From: Octopus bimaculoides
Lineage: Eukaryota
Direction: 5' to 3'
Length of the DNA stretch: 63,704 bases
NCBI RefSeq assembly: GCF_001194135.2
Contig: NC_068989.1
Location: 18,752,196-18,815,899 of the forward strand
Under the pieces are notes generated by a model that was not told the DNA's origin, did no database searches, and worked only from the letters and a program-made list of their open reading frames with translations. Every line of letters begins with the position of its first letter. Positions within the stretch are counted from its first letter, which is position 1. Shown here one piece after another: positions 24,301-37,648 of this stretch. The translations under genes were made by a program, and so were the position numbers.

Positions 24301-26481
24301 TATAAACACATCAAATCCTTAATAGACTTGCGCGCTACGAAGCCTGCACATACTTAAATTAATTTACATTTGATACATACATACATCTTACATACACATC
24401 TACATCCACTTGCCTTTAAGACATGCGAAGGCTTGGCAAGTGATATAGGAAACAGGAAAACACATTCGCGCATAACACTGTATATAACACACATCGCTTT
24501 ACACTTCTATACACTCTGATCTTTATTTCTATTCTACCTTGAGTGGCGAATGCATCCATCATGTTTATCCTGACAAGATTTATTCTACTTATAGGCAAGT
24601 CACGCTATTTTATTTCAATTTTATACAATTACTCGACTAATGTAGACGAAAGAAAGGGGTCATTTTCTCCTCCTTACAATTTCTGCTGTTTTTTTGAAGG
24701 ACTTTCGCCTTCTTTCTTTTTCAAGAAAGTTGTTCCCGAAAGTTATGGCGGACAGTTCCTCAAAAAATTCCTCATTCTTTGAAACCAAAGAATTTCATAG
24801 AACTTGACATGTAACCGAATAGGTCAGTTTTTTGTTTCTTTAACAGACCTGGAGAAATAACATCCTATATGTTGGTTTAGAACATGTTCTGCATATTTGT
24901 CATTTATTTACCTTTTTCGTTTTTTTCCTCTGTGATATGGAACCATTCTAGACTTCAGATATACATATGTATCTCTTATCTCGCGCAAGTATACACACCA
25001 TTCGCGTCTAAGTTGCATAAACATCATCCCTCACTCAATCAGCATCTTTCCCTCTCTGTCACATTCTTTCTCTCACTCACACATGCACGCGCACGCGGTA
25101 GTCCCTATATTATCGCTGGACCTACTGAAAAAGCTACCAAGTTCTACTGTCTTAGAAAAGGATATGTTGGGTATAATGTAGTCCAGGGTTCCTTGCACAT
25201 AAGGAATAGATGAGATGGTCACGGTTGAAATATCTTTGATTATAGAACTGTTCGATCAGAGTTGATAACACATATATCTGCGGTAACTAATGTTTTTTTT
25301 GCGTTGGCAAAAAGTACTAGAAATAATTTAAACAGCGGAATGAAATTTTATATCACTCAGCATAAAATTCATTCCACTTATCTTACTTATTACTTATCAA
25401 CGGGCATGCATGCACAATACATTTTAAAGCACGAACCTATGCGGTCGGCCGACCTGCTAGAAATAGCACACAAAATATTCCTCAGATCATTCTATGCCGC
25501 CTTAAAACCTAGAAGGTCGTATCAAAATGATACCTTTCTACATACACCATATCTGAAAAAAGAAAAAAAGACGAGATATGCATGACTGGAACAGTTTTCA
25601 TTCGTATCTGTTAGACTCAGTAATAACCGATATTTTATTTATGTGGGGAAGCACGTGTCGGCCTGTGTGTGTATATGACTTACATTTGTATGCAGATGCA
25701 TTACGCATGTTACAGTTGTGTATGAAAGGGTTAAAACACTGCAAAATTCCTTCTGGTATTTAGTTACTTCTCGATTTTTTTTTTTTTGCCTTTTAATCCG
25801 CCCCTCCGATGTGAACAAGTTGTTCAGTAGATCCAATTGAACTATGTTGCTTTATAGCAAGAAGTAGACACAAATCAAGCGTTGTTAGAAAACAAACCTT
25901 CCCAGAAAAATACGATGCGAAAATAAGAAAATCGACCTTGACAAGATTTGAACTTTTAGCACAAAAGCTATTTGTCCAGAGCTCTACCAATTCTGCCATT
26001 CAGAAAGTTTTTTTTTTTTTTATATCTACTCGAGCTACACTCCTAATCTTAACGCCTGCTATATCAGTCTCGGTAAATTCCTCATTCTTTGTGTATGAAT
26101 ATATGGGGCTAATGCAGTTTCGCACCCCTCCTTGAAAAATGGGGGGGAGGGGTTAATTTTTTTCGGATTCCTACGTTTTAGATGTCGATCCTGGATCTAC
26201 TGAAACTGATACGACAGACATTTGTGGTTTCAAATATAGGCGCAGGCGTGGCTCTGTGGTAAGAGGTTTGCTTCCCAACCATATGGTTCCCCGTTTGATA
26301 ACGGAGCAATCACCATGTATGTTTGGTGCAATCTTCTGACTTGCCAAACCATCCAACCTATGCTAGCATGGAAAAACGGACGTTAAATGATGACAATGAT
26401 GTTTTTGTGTTTGTCCACCACCACTACGTGACAACTGTTCTTGGTTTGTTTACATCCCTGTATCTTAGTGGTTCAGTAAAG

Positions 26482-26731
26482 CAGGGTTGTGGAGTCGAAA
26501 CAAAAACTTCGACTCTGACTCCTGTACTATTGGTACCTCTGATTCCAACTCTGACTGACTCCACTTTATGTAATTAAGTGATTGTGGTCTACATATTGCA
26601 TAAAGCATATGCATACACTTGTACTTTGAGTAGGCCTATATGTTATAACTGGTTTATATTAAAGAGTAAAGACATTGTGAGTCGGAATCAGAGTCAGTAT
26701 AGTTTTACCGACTCTGACTCCAGCTGCCCCT
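26482..26731. mobile_element. Degenerate MITE with GGAGTCG/CGACTC subterminal repeats
   Basis: Starts CAGGGTTGTGGAGTCG, repeated gactctgactcc motifs, right TIR eroded, no clear TSD. Confidence 0.45.
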
Positions 26732-28619
26732 TAAGCCTTGCAGTAAAGGAGACCGATAGAATAAGCAAGTATCAGGCTTAAAATATCAGTACTGGGATTG
26801 ATTTCTACAACTAAACCTTTCAAGGCAGTGCTCTATGATAGCCACAGTCAAGAATTCTAAAAATTGGAGGGCAGTTTTTTAAAACAATTCCTGTTGAAAT
26901 GAATAATTACCTATAACTTCAGTTTGGATCCAACCGTAATGACTCCCATATTCTGAGTAGCTCATTTTTGGTGTATATATATATCTATAATATAGTATAT
27001 GAGTTTTTTTAGGTGCAAGTAAGCCTTGATCAAAATCACTCTAGCCATGATCATCCCATCCTTTATTTAGGCATAGTGTAATCTGTAACTTCATTATCCA
27101 ATGTGTCCTCCCTTTTGAGGGTAATAGCATGTTTTAAAGGAGATTTGTCTGCTATTTTTAGCAGGTTGAGTGACCATGTGTAAGATCTCTTGCTGGCCCA
27201 CATCATTTGTGCAGTGGAGTAATTTACCCTTTAGCATTCAGATGTAATGCTAAATGTCAAATGTAATGCTTATCTAGTCACATTCTTTTGAATTAATCAT
27301 GCATTATCTCATAGCTTCAGGATTTCAGTAATGTGATTAATTATTTTTAGAATGACATTGTAGGGAAGGTGTGAGAGGCTGGATTTAGTTAGTTTAAAAC
27401 TGTACTAATTGTTAGTACCTATTGCCTTCAACTTTTATAAATGACTCGCTGTTTAAGGGTGATCCAATCAATACTACAGATTCCAACACTCAAGCCAAGT
27501 GAGACCATAACCCATGGCCTATGCCAGTGGTGTAACCAGCCCTCTTATGCGTACCTTTCCTTCATTGGACACTAAACTCTGCTTGCAAAGACCTGTTGAG
27601 ACAAGTGAAATCGAAATCAAATTCGATGACAGCACCGCATGACTGGCATCCGTGCTAATGGAGCACTAAGAGCACCATCCGAGTGTGATCGTTGCCCAGG
27701 CCACTGATTGGGTCCCGTGCCAGTGGCACATAAAGCACACCATTCGAGCGTGATTGTTACCAGCGTTGCCTTACTGGCACTTGTGCCAGTGACACATGGA
27801 AAACACCATTTGTGCGTGGCCATTGCCAGTACCGCCTGACTGGCACTCATGCTTGTGGCACGTAAAAGCACCCACTACATTCTCGGAGTGGTTGGCGTTA
27901 GGAAGGGCATCCAGCTGTAGAAACTCTGCCAAATTAGATTGGAGCCTGGTGTAGCCATCTGGTTCACCAGTCCTCAGTCAAATTGTCCAACCCATGCTAG
28001 CATGGAAAGCAGATGTTAAACGATGATGATGATGATGATGTTAGTGTTGAGAATATCAAGTGAGAATATTTAATTTGTGCTGTCAACCACACCAGAATAT
28101 ATGGACTTTTTGACATGTCTTGACATGTTGTGTAAACAAAAGGGTCATATCTGTGCTCAGACTTTGCTGTAGATTAGGGGATTATTGCCTTGCCATAGGA
28201 AATTTACCTCAACAAATTTCGTCTGACCCATGTAAGCATGAGAAATTGGATGTTATATTGATGATGGTGATGATGATGTAGTTTAGTTGCTTAGGTAACA
28301 ATGCTGAATTTTAGTGAGTTTGTGTAATGTAGCTTTTAAGCTTTGTGCTTTTAGGTTTAGAATATGTCGCTAGGTGTTTGTCTGTGTTTGCTGTTGATTG
28401 AGGCTGTGTGTGAATGATTTAACAACACCTTGGAGGAGTTTACAAAACAGTTTAAAACTGATCTTGCTTCTCATATTGATTTCAAATTATTGCACAAGGC
28501 CAGCAATTTCTTAGGAGGGGATAAGCTGATTACATTAACTCTAATGTTCAACTGATACTTATTCTATCAGCCCTGGAAGGATGAAAGGCAAAGTTGATCT
28601 CAGAGGATTTTGAACTCAG

Positions 28620-29697
28620 CTTCCGTTACCTAGGCGACCAATTCAGTAGCAGGAGTGGATGCTCTGATAGTGTAGCTGCTAAAATAAGAATAGCCTGGGC
28701 AAAATTCAGAGAGCTCCTACCTCTGCTGGTTACAAACGGCCTCTTGCTCTGAGTAAAAGATAGACTGTGTAACGCATGTGTGTGAACAGCCATGGTACAT
28801 GACAGTGAAACATGGGCTGTGACTGCTGAGGATATGTGTAAGCTTACAAGGAGCAAAGCGAGTATGCATACACGACAGAGTGTAAGTGCCCTGCAAGAAA
28901 AGTTGGATTTAAGAAGCATCAGATGTGGTGTGCAAGAGAAACAACTGTTGCGAATAAATGAGGACAACTGTGTGAAAAAGTGTCACACCCTAGCAGTTGA
29001 GGGAACCTGTGGAAGAGGTAGACCCAGGAAAACCTGGGATGAGGTGGTGAAGCACGACCTTCGAACATTGGGCCTTACTGAGGCAATGACTAGTGACTGG
29101 GACCTTTGGAGATATGCTGTGCTTGATAAGACCTGACATGCCAGTGGGTGTAACCAGCCCATTTATGAATACCCCTCATTCATTGGACAATAAACCTTGC
29201 TTGCAAAGACCTATTGAGGCAACTGAAAACAAATCAAAATCGCTGACGTGGCCGATGACAGTACCACCTGATTGGCACTCATGCCAGTGGAACGTTAAAA
29301 GCACATCCAAGCATGATCGTTGCCAGGACCACGGATTGGCTCCCATGCCAGTGACATGTGAAAAGCACCATTCGAGCGTGATCATTGCTAGCGTCGCTTT
29401 ACTGGCACATGAAAAACAACATTTGAGGGTGGTTGTTGCCAATGGCGACAGACTGGCTCCCATGCAGGTAGCACGTAAAAACACCTTTTGAGTGTAGTCG
29501 TTACCAGTACCGCCTGACTGGCTCTCGTGCCGGTGGCACATAAAAACACCCACTACACTCCCAGAGTGGTTGGCATTAAGAAGGGCATCCAGCTGTAGAA
29601 ACTTTGCCAGATCAGATTGAGCCTGGTGCAGTGCTCAGTCAAACCGTCCAACGCATGCCAGCATGGAAAGCAGACATAAAACAATGACGATGATGAA
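28620..29697 (+). mobile_element. 5'-truncated RTE LINE: RT C-terminus, 3' UTR and (GAT)n tail
   Basis: IRIAWAKFRELLPLL, ETWAVTAEDM, GRGRPRKTWDEVVKHDLRTLGLTEAMT, then the UTR shared by the short copies. Confidence 0.9.
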
Positions 29698-30365
29698 TGT
29701 AAAGACAGACAAAATGCTGATGGTTCTGCCAGCTTACTGCCATAATCTTGCTTCTTGTATTGGCATCATGCAAGACCTTGTTTGGCTACGTCTTTATCAT
29801 GGCCATTTCTTATTTGAGTTTTGTTTTCCAAATATATAAAATGCTTTGGCCATCTATTTGTCACTTGTGGTTATGAAGCTGCAGCAGAAAATGACCGTTT
29901 GCAAATGAGCCAAGGAGTTCCATAGCGCAAAAAAAGAGGTTGAATCTAATCTCACTGTAATCAAAGATGAGCATCTGTGTGAAACAGACATTTCCAGCAT
30001 TATCCATGCATTTGCTCATATTAAATCTGAAAGATGTAACTTTAACCTGCAGTTTCCTAAGCAATTAAAGCATTTCTTTAAATATTTCTATGTGCATTTG
30101 CATGTGTATGTGTGCTTAATCTATAACATATGTTACAAACTTGGGAGTGAAGGCATGTGTCATAGTGATTAGGGTATTCAGCTCACAATCATAAGGTCAT
30201 AAGTTCAATTCCTAGTGGCATGTTGTGTCCTTGAACAAGGCACTTTATTTCATATTGCTCCACTCAAGTCCACTCAACTGACAAAAATGAGTGGTACTTG
30301 AATTTCAAAGAGCCATTCTGTGTTATGCTGAATCACCCTGAGAACTATGTTAAAGTCATAACTCC

Positions 30366-30415
<50 letters not shown>

Positions 30416-30934
30416 CATCATCATCATTGTTTAACGTCCGCTTTCCATGCTAGCATGGGTTGGACGATTTGACTGAGGACTGGTGAAACCGGATGGCAAC
30501 ACCAGGCTCCAGTCTAATTTGGCAGAGTTTCTACAGCTGGATGCCCTTCCTAACGCCAACCACTCAGAGAGTGTAGTGNNNNNNNNNNNNNNNNNNNNNN
30601 NNNNNNNNNNNNNNNNNNNNNNNNNNNNNNNNNNNNNNNNNNNNNNNNNNNNNNNNNNNNNNNNNNNNNNNNNNNNNNNNNNNNNNNNNNNNNNNNNNNN
30701 NNNNNNNNNNNNNNNNNNNNNNNNNNNNNNNNNNNNNNNNNNNNNNNNNNNNNNNNNNNNNNNNNNNNNNNNNNNNNNNNNNNNNNNNNNNNNNNNNNNN
30801 NNNNNNNNNNNNNNNNNNNNNNNNNNNNNNNNNNNNNNNNNNNNNNNNNNNNNNNNNNNNNNNNNNNNNNNNNNNNNNNNNNNNNNNNNNNNNNNNNNNN
30901 NNNNNNNNNNNAACTATGTTAAAGTCATAACTCC

Positions 30935-30983
<49 letters not shown>

Positions 30984-31329
30984 ATACAAATAATATATGA
31001 GTATATGCGTATATACGTACATGCATGTACATACCTACATCTACATGTATATATAGATGCATATCTGGGTACAGGACGTAGCAAAAAAACATGGACAAAA
31101 TGATAAACGGAGCACAGAAAACACACAGGCCACATAGAGAACATTTCCTTCATCAGCTTCCACCATTCTAAAACTAAACGTTTCGAAGAGTTAGGGCAGG
31201 ACACATTGTTAGAATGGCTCTTCCCACAGACCACAAATTAAATTTAAATTAAATTTGTAACGTGGAGGTATGTAGTAGTGGACAGAAAACGAAACAGTGA
31301 AAATAAACAAGAAAGGCTACATATATATA

Positions 31330-31945
31330 TAGGTTGTCATTGATTTACAACCACAATTGGTTCCAACTGACTGGTCGTAAGTTGGCCTATAGGCCTACTT
31401 GGCTTTGTTTTATGTTTTTACATTCTTAAGGTACATTCTCAGGTAAAAGCCATATGCACCATTCTATATTATACTATTATACTGGCATTAGTCAAAAATT
31501 TCAGAGTCTCAACCAGTCATCTTATAAACAAATACGAGGTTGCCTCGATGTCTCTGTGACAGGATAGCCATCCAACACAGTGGCAATCGATAACCAAACC
31601 TAGGGGAAACGTTTGTTAGCTGACATCATCCATAGATGGGTTAATTTCTAAGAAATTAAACCCATTTGATTTCAACTGGACTATTTATTATTGTTGCCTG
31701 GAGCTGGCGCGCCAATTGTTGTGGAGTCAAATAGATCATAAGTCGATGACTATCTGTATATATGTGTGTGTATGCGTGTATTATGTTGAAAGACCAACAA
31801 TGGTACTTGTGTGTTGGGAGTGTGTGTATGTGTGGGATGCGTATGCAGTTATTCTCCAACATAATTGCCATTTCTTCTCTAGCTTCCATATCCTCAAAGT
31901 AATAGACTTAGACCGAATAAGTGGTTATTTCTCTGCCTCATAACA
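31330..31945 (-). mobile_element. Gypsy-type LTR retrotransposon remnant: 5' LTR (31945-31717), PBS, decayed gag start
   Basis: TGTT...AACA LTR ends followed by TGGCGCGCCAGC (11/12 to the recalled tRNA-Arg PBS TGGCGAGCCAGC). Decayed RLPLCW resembles the gag motif KLPPFW. Confidence 0.55.
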
Positions 31946-32093
31946 TTTCCTCACCATATCCTCTTTTTGTTTTAAGGAGCGCTCTTGTCCACTTCTCTCT
32001 CTCTCTCTCTCTCTCTCGCATTTACAATTTTTTTTATATATAGTTGGTAGCTGAAAGAATTTATAGAATGTCAGAAAAAATACTTTCTTATTT

Positions 32094-32630
32094 CTTTATT
32101 TCTTTACTGCCCACAAGGGGCTACACACAGAGGGGACAAACAAGAACAGACAAATGAATTAAGTCGATTATATCGACCCCAGTGCGTAACTGGTACTTAT
32201 TTAATCGATCCCAAAAGGATGAAAGGCAAAGTTGACCTCGGCGGAATTTGAACTCAGAACGTAACGGCAGACGAAATACCGCTAAGCATTTCACCCGGNN
32301 NNNNNNNNTGAAAGGCAAAGTCGACCTCGGCGGAATTTGAACTCAGAATATAGTGGCAGACGAAATACCGCTAAGCATTTCGCCCGGCATGCTAAAGTTT
32401 CTTATTTCTTTATTGCCCACAAGGGGCTAAACATAGAGGGGACAAACAAGAACAGACAAATGGATTAAGTCGATTATATCGACCCCAGTGCGTAACTGGT
32501 ACTTATTTAATCGATCCCAAAAGGATGAAAGGCAAAGTTGACCTCGGCGGAATTTGAACTCAGAACGTAACGGCAGACGAAATACCGCTAAGCATTTCAC
32601 CCGGTGTGCTAACGTTTCTGCCAGCCTGCT
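32094..32630 (-). mobile_element. SINE family B (ggtacttatttaatcgaccccgaaaggatgaaaggcaaag core, Meta-domain-like), duplicated across a gap
   Basis: Further copies at about 35674-35906, 48615-48760, 58651-58797, 59640-60035, 62370-62860. Confidence 0.8.
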
Positions 32631-33376
32631 GCCTTTCTGGTATTTGGTTATGTCACTTTACTTTTCTGAATTCAAATCCTACCTATGTCTATTTCACTTT
32701 CTGAAATATGTTGATATAATTGACTAAACCCTGGAATATGATACTCTGGCATGACCAGTGTCCAATGACTGGAACAAGTAAAAACATACCCCAGCTTTGG
32801 TTACTGGTTATCTCCAGCCTATAGATTTTACTTGGCTGCACCTCTATCCCAGTTACCATCTTTCTGCATCCCATCAGCACATGAATTTCAAAATAACTGA
32901 AAACCCTTTTTAGTGATTGCTCTGCCGGCAAGAAATAACAGCCAAACCTCCCACAAATCACACTTTACCATCTTAGAAAAGGACAAATTGTATAATGTAG
33001 TCCTTACAAAAAAAAGTAGAATGATTCATGCCTCTGATATTAAGTTTGATCAATTTGAGCTGACCTGGGGCTCGACTGCGACTGTTCCAGTTATTATTAG
33101 TCACCCTCAAAATTATCCGTGAATACCCGTCAGAGTGTAAGTATCTTGAGAGAAAAGCTGAACATTNNNNNNNNNNATTTTTTTTTTTTTGTGATGAAAT
33201 GAAAGCATTTTGTCAAGTTTGTTTATGAGTTAAATGTAACTAACAAGTAAAAGAATAACAACAATACGCAATTCAAGAAATTCTTCATTTCAGGGTTATT
33301 TTATTCATAGATTTTCAGAAAATGCCATGTTCAAAATTATTCATACCTTAGGTTTACTGAATCCAACATCTTTCTT

Positions 33377-34383
33377 TAATAGTCAATAGCATTGCCTTTG
33401 TTTTTTATGAGTGCTTCTAGATGCTTCTTGTATGTGTGCACATGCTTCCTGCATATCTTCTGTGGGATGTTCACTCACTCTTCCTTGGCAAAAGCCTCAA
33501 GCTGGGTCAGGCTGGTCGGTTTCCTAACCATCACTCTGGTCTTCAAGTTTCGCCACAATTTCTCGATCGGATTGAGGTCTGGACTCTGACTTAGTCGTTC
33601 TAGAACGTTGACATCATTGTCCTTGAACCATTTCTTCAGTACTTTGGTGCTATGTTTCGGATTATTATCCTGTTGGTACTTCCAGTTGTGGCCAAGTTGG
33701 AGTTTCTCAGCAGATTCCTTCACATTTTCATCAAGGATCCTGATGTAATCCTCCTTTCTCATGATTCCTTGGACCTTGAAAAGGTTCCCTGTACCACTGG
33801 AAGAGAAGCATTCCCATAGCATTGTTTCCACCACCATACTTGATGGTGAGCACAGTGTTCTTTGGCTTGTATGCTTCCTCTAGACGTATTCACCATCCAT
33901 ATGACCAAATAACTCCAACTTCATCTCATCAGACCACAGGCTGGTTGGCCAAAAGCTGGGATCTTGCTTCAGATGACCTCTAGCAAAGGCCAGGTGAGCC
34001 TCCAGATGTTTCTTCCTGAGCAGTGATATCTCCGAGGCCTATGTCCATAGAGACCTCCTATGTGCAAGACTCGCTAAATGGTGGAGTGAGGCCTTCATCC
34101 CTGCCTGGTCAAGCATTTCAATTAAGGCCTTGCTTGTGGTCCAGGGGTTGTTGTTGACCTCTCGGCAGATTTTCCTGGCAAGTCTGGGAGTCACCTTATG
34201 CTTCCTGCCACACCCTCTGAGGTTTTTAACAGTGTTGAACCTCTTGTGCTTGTTGATTATGTTCTGGATGGTTACCACAGAGACACCATATTGCTTTGAA
34301 ATGGCCTTGTAATCCTTTCGCTCAGTGTGGGTACACACAAGACATTGATGTAGGTCCTCACTGAGCTCGTTTTTCTTGGCCAT
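33377..34383 (-). pseudogene. Tc1 (DD34E) transposase pseudogene
   Basis: HTH N-terminus MAKKNELSEDL...GRKHK, WSDEMKLELFG, QQDNNPKH...SPDLNPIE with exactly 34 residues between D and E; frameshifted. Confidence 0.9.
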
Positions 34384-35606
34384 GTTGATCAGAAACTGAG
34401 AATGACCAGAACATTTTTCCTCTATTTGTACTCTTCTAAAAATAACTCTAGGACAAAAGTTAAACTGATTAACTACTAAGTTGTCAATTCAAACATAACT
34501 GCTACTATCATTGTTATGTAGTGTGTGTGTATAAAACAGTCACCAAGACATGAAAGGAGTTGATCCCACTGGAAAACAAAAGCCAACACCTGAACTAAGG
34601 ACACCACTGAAAGATGGATGTAAGCTCACACGGAGAGGAGAAAAACAGTTACCTTTTAGCCCAAGGTCAGACTTATCGAGTAGACATTTGATCAGAAGGT
34701 GCTCCAGCCATGACCACCTCACCTTTTTGTATGTCGGAAACTAAATTATTGAGTGTGTCCCTTTCCCTGCTGAAAGTTATAGAATATGATTTGAGAGAGA
34801 TTTGACTACTCTTCCTAACAGGTCTTGCAATCATGATGGTGATTCCTCATTGACTGTTGGAGGTGGATATGGAAATGATAGTTCCATAAGGTAGTTGATG
34901 AGATCAGGAGGTCACCTGTATGGAGTGCTATATGTTGGTTTTATTTTAAAAGGAAATCGCACTTTACAGAATGAGAATATATGTGATAGACAGAGATTTA
35001 ACTGTGTCACCATAACTCCACAGTGTATAAATGACTAGATTCTAAAAATTAGACAAGTGGCTTCATAAACACATTTATGTCACTGTGGGCCACCATACAA
35101 CTGACTTCTGAGATGCCAGATTCTAATGATTGATTGTCTAGTTGTTCTTGGAGCTCTGATGGACAGGGGTGGAGATGGGCTTGTACAAATGTGAAATTAT
35201 CTTGTATTATTATTAGTAATGTTGTGTCACTGAAGACCTGATCTTTGGACCCATCTGAACTACATTCCTGGCAATAATGTGTATTAATTCTCCTCCAAGT
35301 CTTACTTGAACTTGAGTTAGACCTGACGGGGGGAGGGGGAGGGGGTAGACATCATGGAAGCATGAGATGTGGAGGAAGGTATACTGGACTGTTGATAAGG
35401 TTGTTGTTGTTGTTGTTGAACCGTAGGTCAACTTTGATTGAGATCCAGGGGGGATCCAGGATTTTTTTTTGGGGTGTTGGCCCAAAAGTTTTTTTTAAAA
35501 TACTATATCAGGTGGGAATCGCAATTCATAACAAATGGACCCCTTTTTACGTATTCTAACTTTGCTGTAGCAGACCATATGCATATGTAACAGTAATAAA
35601 ATAACA

Positions 35607-35631
35607 ATGTTATTATACTTGCAACAATGCA
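35607..35631 (+). CDS. Candidate first coding exon of the Cys-module surface protein (MLLYLQQC+A)
   Basis: Acceptor tttgctgtag at 35570, ATG at 35607, strong phase-1 donor CA|gtgagt joining 36425 in frame. The resulting signal peptide is weak. Confidence 0.3.
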
Positions 35632-36024
35632 GTGAGTATTGATTTACCTATGGAAAGTAGTGGCAAACTACACTTATTTCTTTACTGCCCACAAGGGGCT
35701 ACACACAGAGGGGACAAACAAGGACAGACAAACGGATTAAGTCGATTATATCGACCCCAGTGTGTAACTGGTACTTATTTAATTGACCCTGAAAAGATGA
35801 AAGGTAAAGTCAACCTTGGCAGAATTTGAACTCAGAACGTAGCAGCAGATGAAATATGGCTAAGCATTTTGCCCGGTGTGCTAACATTTCTGCCAGCTCG
35901 CCGCCTGGCAAACTACACTTGTGTACCATAACTTATTAACAGGCTCACTTTATAATCCAAGTTAATGAAAACAACAAATCCATCATTAATGTTCAAGTGT
36001 GTATTTTCAAAATTTAAGCCTTAA

Positions 36025-36320
36025 TCCTGATTTTTCTGGTGTCAGCTCTGTTAGAAAGAGTGTTGCCTGGGCAGCTAGGGCAACACCCCTGCATCCGCCA
36101 CTGAGATCTACATTATAGTGTTATCTGAGGGAGATTTGGCTGCTATTTCTAACTGTTTGAGCAACCACATAGAGTCCTGATTTTTCTGGTGTCAGCTCGG
36201 TTAGAGTGTTGCCTGCGCAACTAGGGCAACACCCCTGCATCCACCACTGAGATCTACATTATAGTGTTATCTGAGGGAGATTTGGCTGCTATTTCTAACT
36301 GGTTGAGCAACCACATAGAG
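36025..36320. repeat. Local tandem duplication (150 bp + 146 bp)
   Basis: Two adjacent near-identical units starting tcctgatttttctggtgtcagctc, with no N-gap between them. Confidence 0.85.
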
Positions 36321-36424
36321 GCTTCTTCATTGGCTTGACTGTTGTTATAAAAAAGGTTCTGATGTTGAGATGTTATGGAAAAGGTTCTGATGTTATTATA
36401 CTGATGCTGATGTTTCCCTTGTAG

Positions 36425-36548
36425 CTTATTGCACTACTCTGGCACTGGGTAAATGTGATATTGAAAGGGCCAAAGATATCTTGAAAAAACTGAAAGAAAT
36501 GACAAAGGTGCCTCCAAAATTCGATGATTCTGATATGGAACTGTTGCT
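36425..36548 (+). CDS. Cys-module protein, module 1 exon A (xYCTTLALG-KCDIERAKDILKKLKEMTKVPPKFDDSDMELLL)
   Basis: Acceptor tttcccttgtag, donor CT|gtaagt, 124 nt, phase 1-2, open frame. ALG|KCD looks like a signal-cleavage boundary. Confidence 0.75.
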
Positions 36549-36966
36549 GTAAGTATCTTGACTCCTTTATGTCTTCCTAGAATATGTATATATGTATATG
36601 TTTTTAAATGAAATTCTTTTATTCTTTGTAAGCCTAGTACTCATTCTATTGGTCTCTTTTGCCACACCGCTAAGTTACGGGGACGAGAACACACCAAGAT
36701 CGGTTGTCAAGCAATGGTGGGGGACAAACACAGACACACAAATGCACACACACACACATATATATATATATACATATATATATNNNNNNNNNNNNNNNNN
36801 NNNNNNNNNNNNNNNNNNNNNNNNNNNNNNNNNNNNNNNNNNNNNNNNNNNNNNNNNNNNNNNNNNNNNNNNNNNNNNNNNNNGTAAGCAAGCTACTTAC
36901 CACACAGCCTTTAATTTTAATTTTCTTTTTTTTACTTTCTTATTAATACTGATGGTTGTGGTCAGC

Positions 36967-37014
<48 letters not shown>

Positions 37015-37648
37015 CACTCACCCACTCACTCACACACACACACACACACAACTGCATGGGGAATTCAAACTGAGAACAGGGAAAGCATTACCAGTCTTTC
37101 TGCCTTTGCTACAGCTACTTCAAACATACATGCTCAAGATATGAATTATTTAGTAGAAAAACAATCAGACTGGTAGAGTTGGGAGACAAAGGAAAGTACT
37201 TCAATATCTCAATCCCTTATCAAACATATGGAAGAAAAGATAATTTATCTCCCTACATCTCAAAAAACAAAAATCACATATGGAAGAGAAATTGTTGACA
37301 GTACAAGCCAATGTGTCTAATAAAATATTCTTGGATATATGAGCACCACTCAAAAATGGTACATTTGAGCATTTGTAGAAGGTCACAAATTGTTCAAAGC
37401 TAAAATATTTTCTGATTCTGAGATGACCTAGCTTTAGGAATGCAATTTTCTAAACTCTTTTATGTATTTCATGGATTCTAACAATGCTTTATGTATATAT
37501 ATATCTGTCTGTGTATGTATCAAACTGCACTCTTGGTTCAAATATTCTTTAAGTTCCTTAAGAAGCATTTCCACTTCTTAAATCATAATTATTACCTGAA
37601 CATTAATAAAAAATATTATCAAAGTTTTGTACTCTACTACCACAAACA

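Noticed and set aside
25100-25170. Plus-strand candidate exon PILSLDLLKKLPSSTVLEKDML joining 36425 in frame
   Set aside because: Weak splice sites, no signal peptide, 11 kb away; phase match alone is insufficient.
31140-31200. GAAACGTT and CTGATGA on the minus strand of a Penelope-like fragment
   Set aside because: Core boxes are in permuted order and stems I and II do not pair convincingly.
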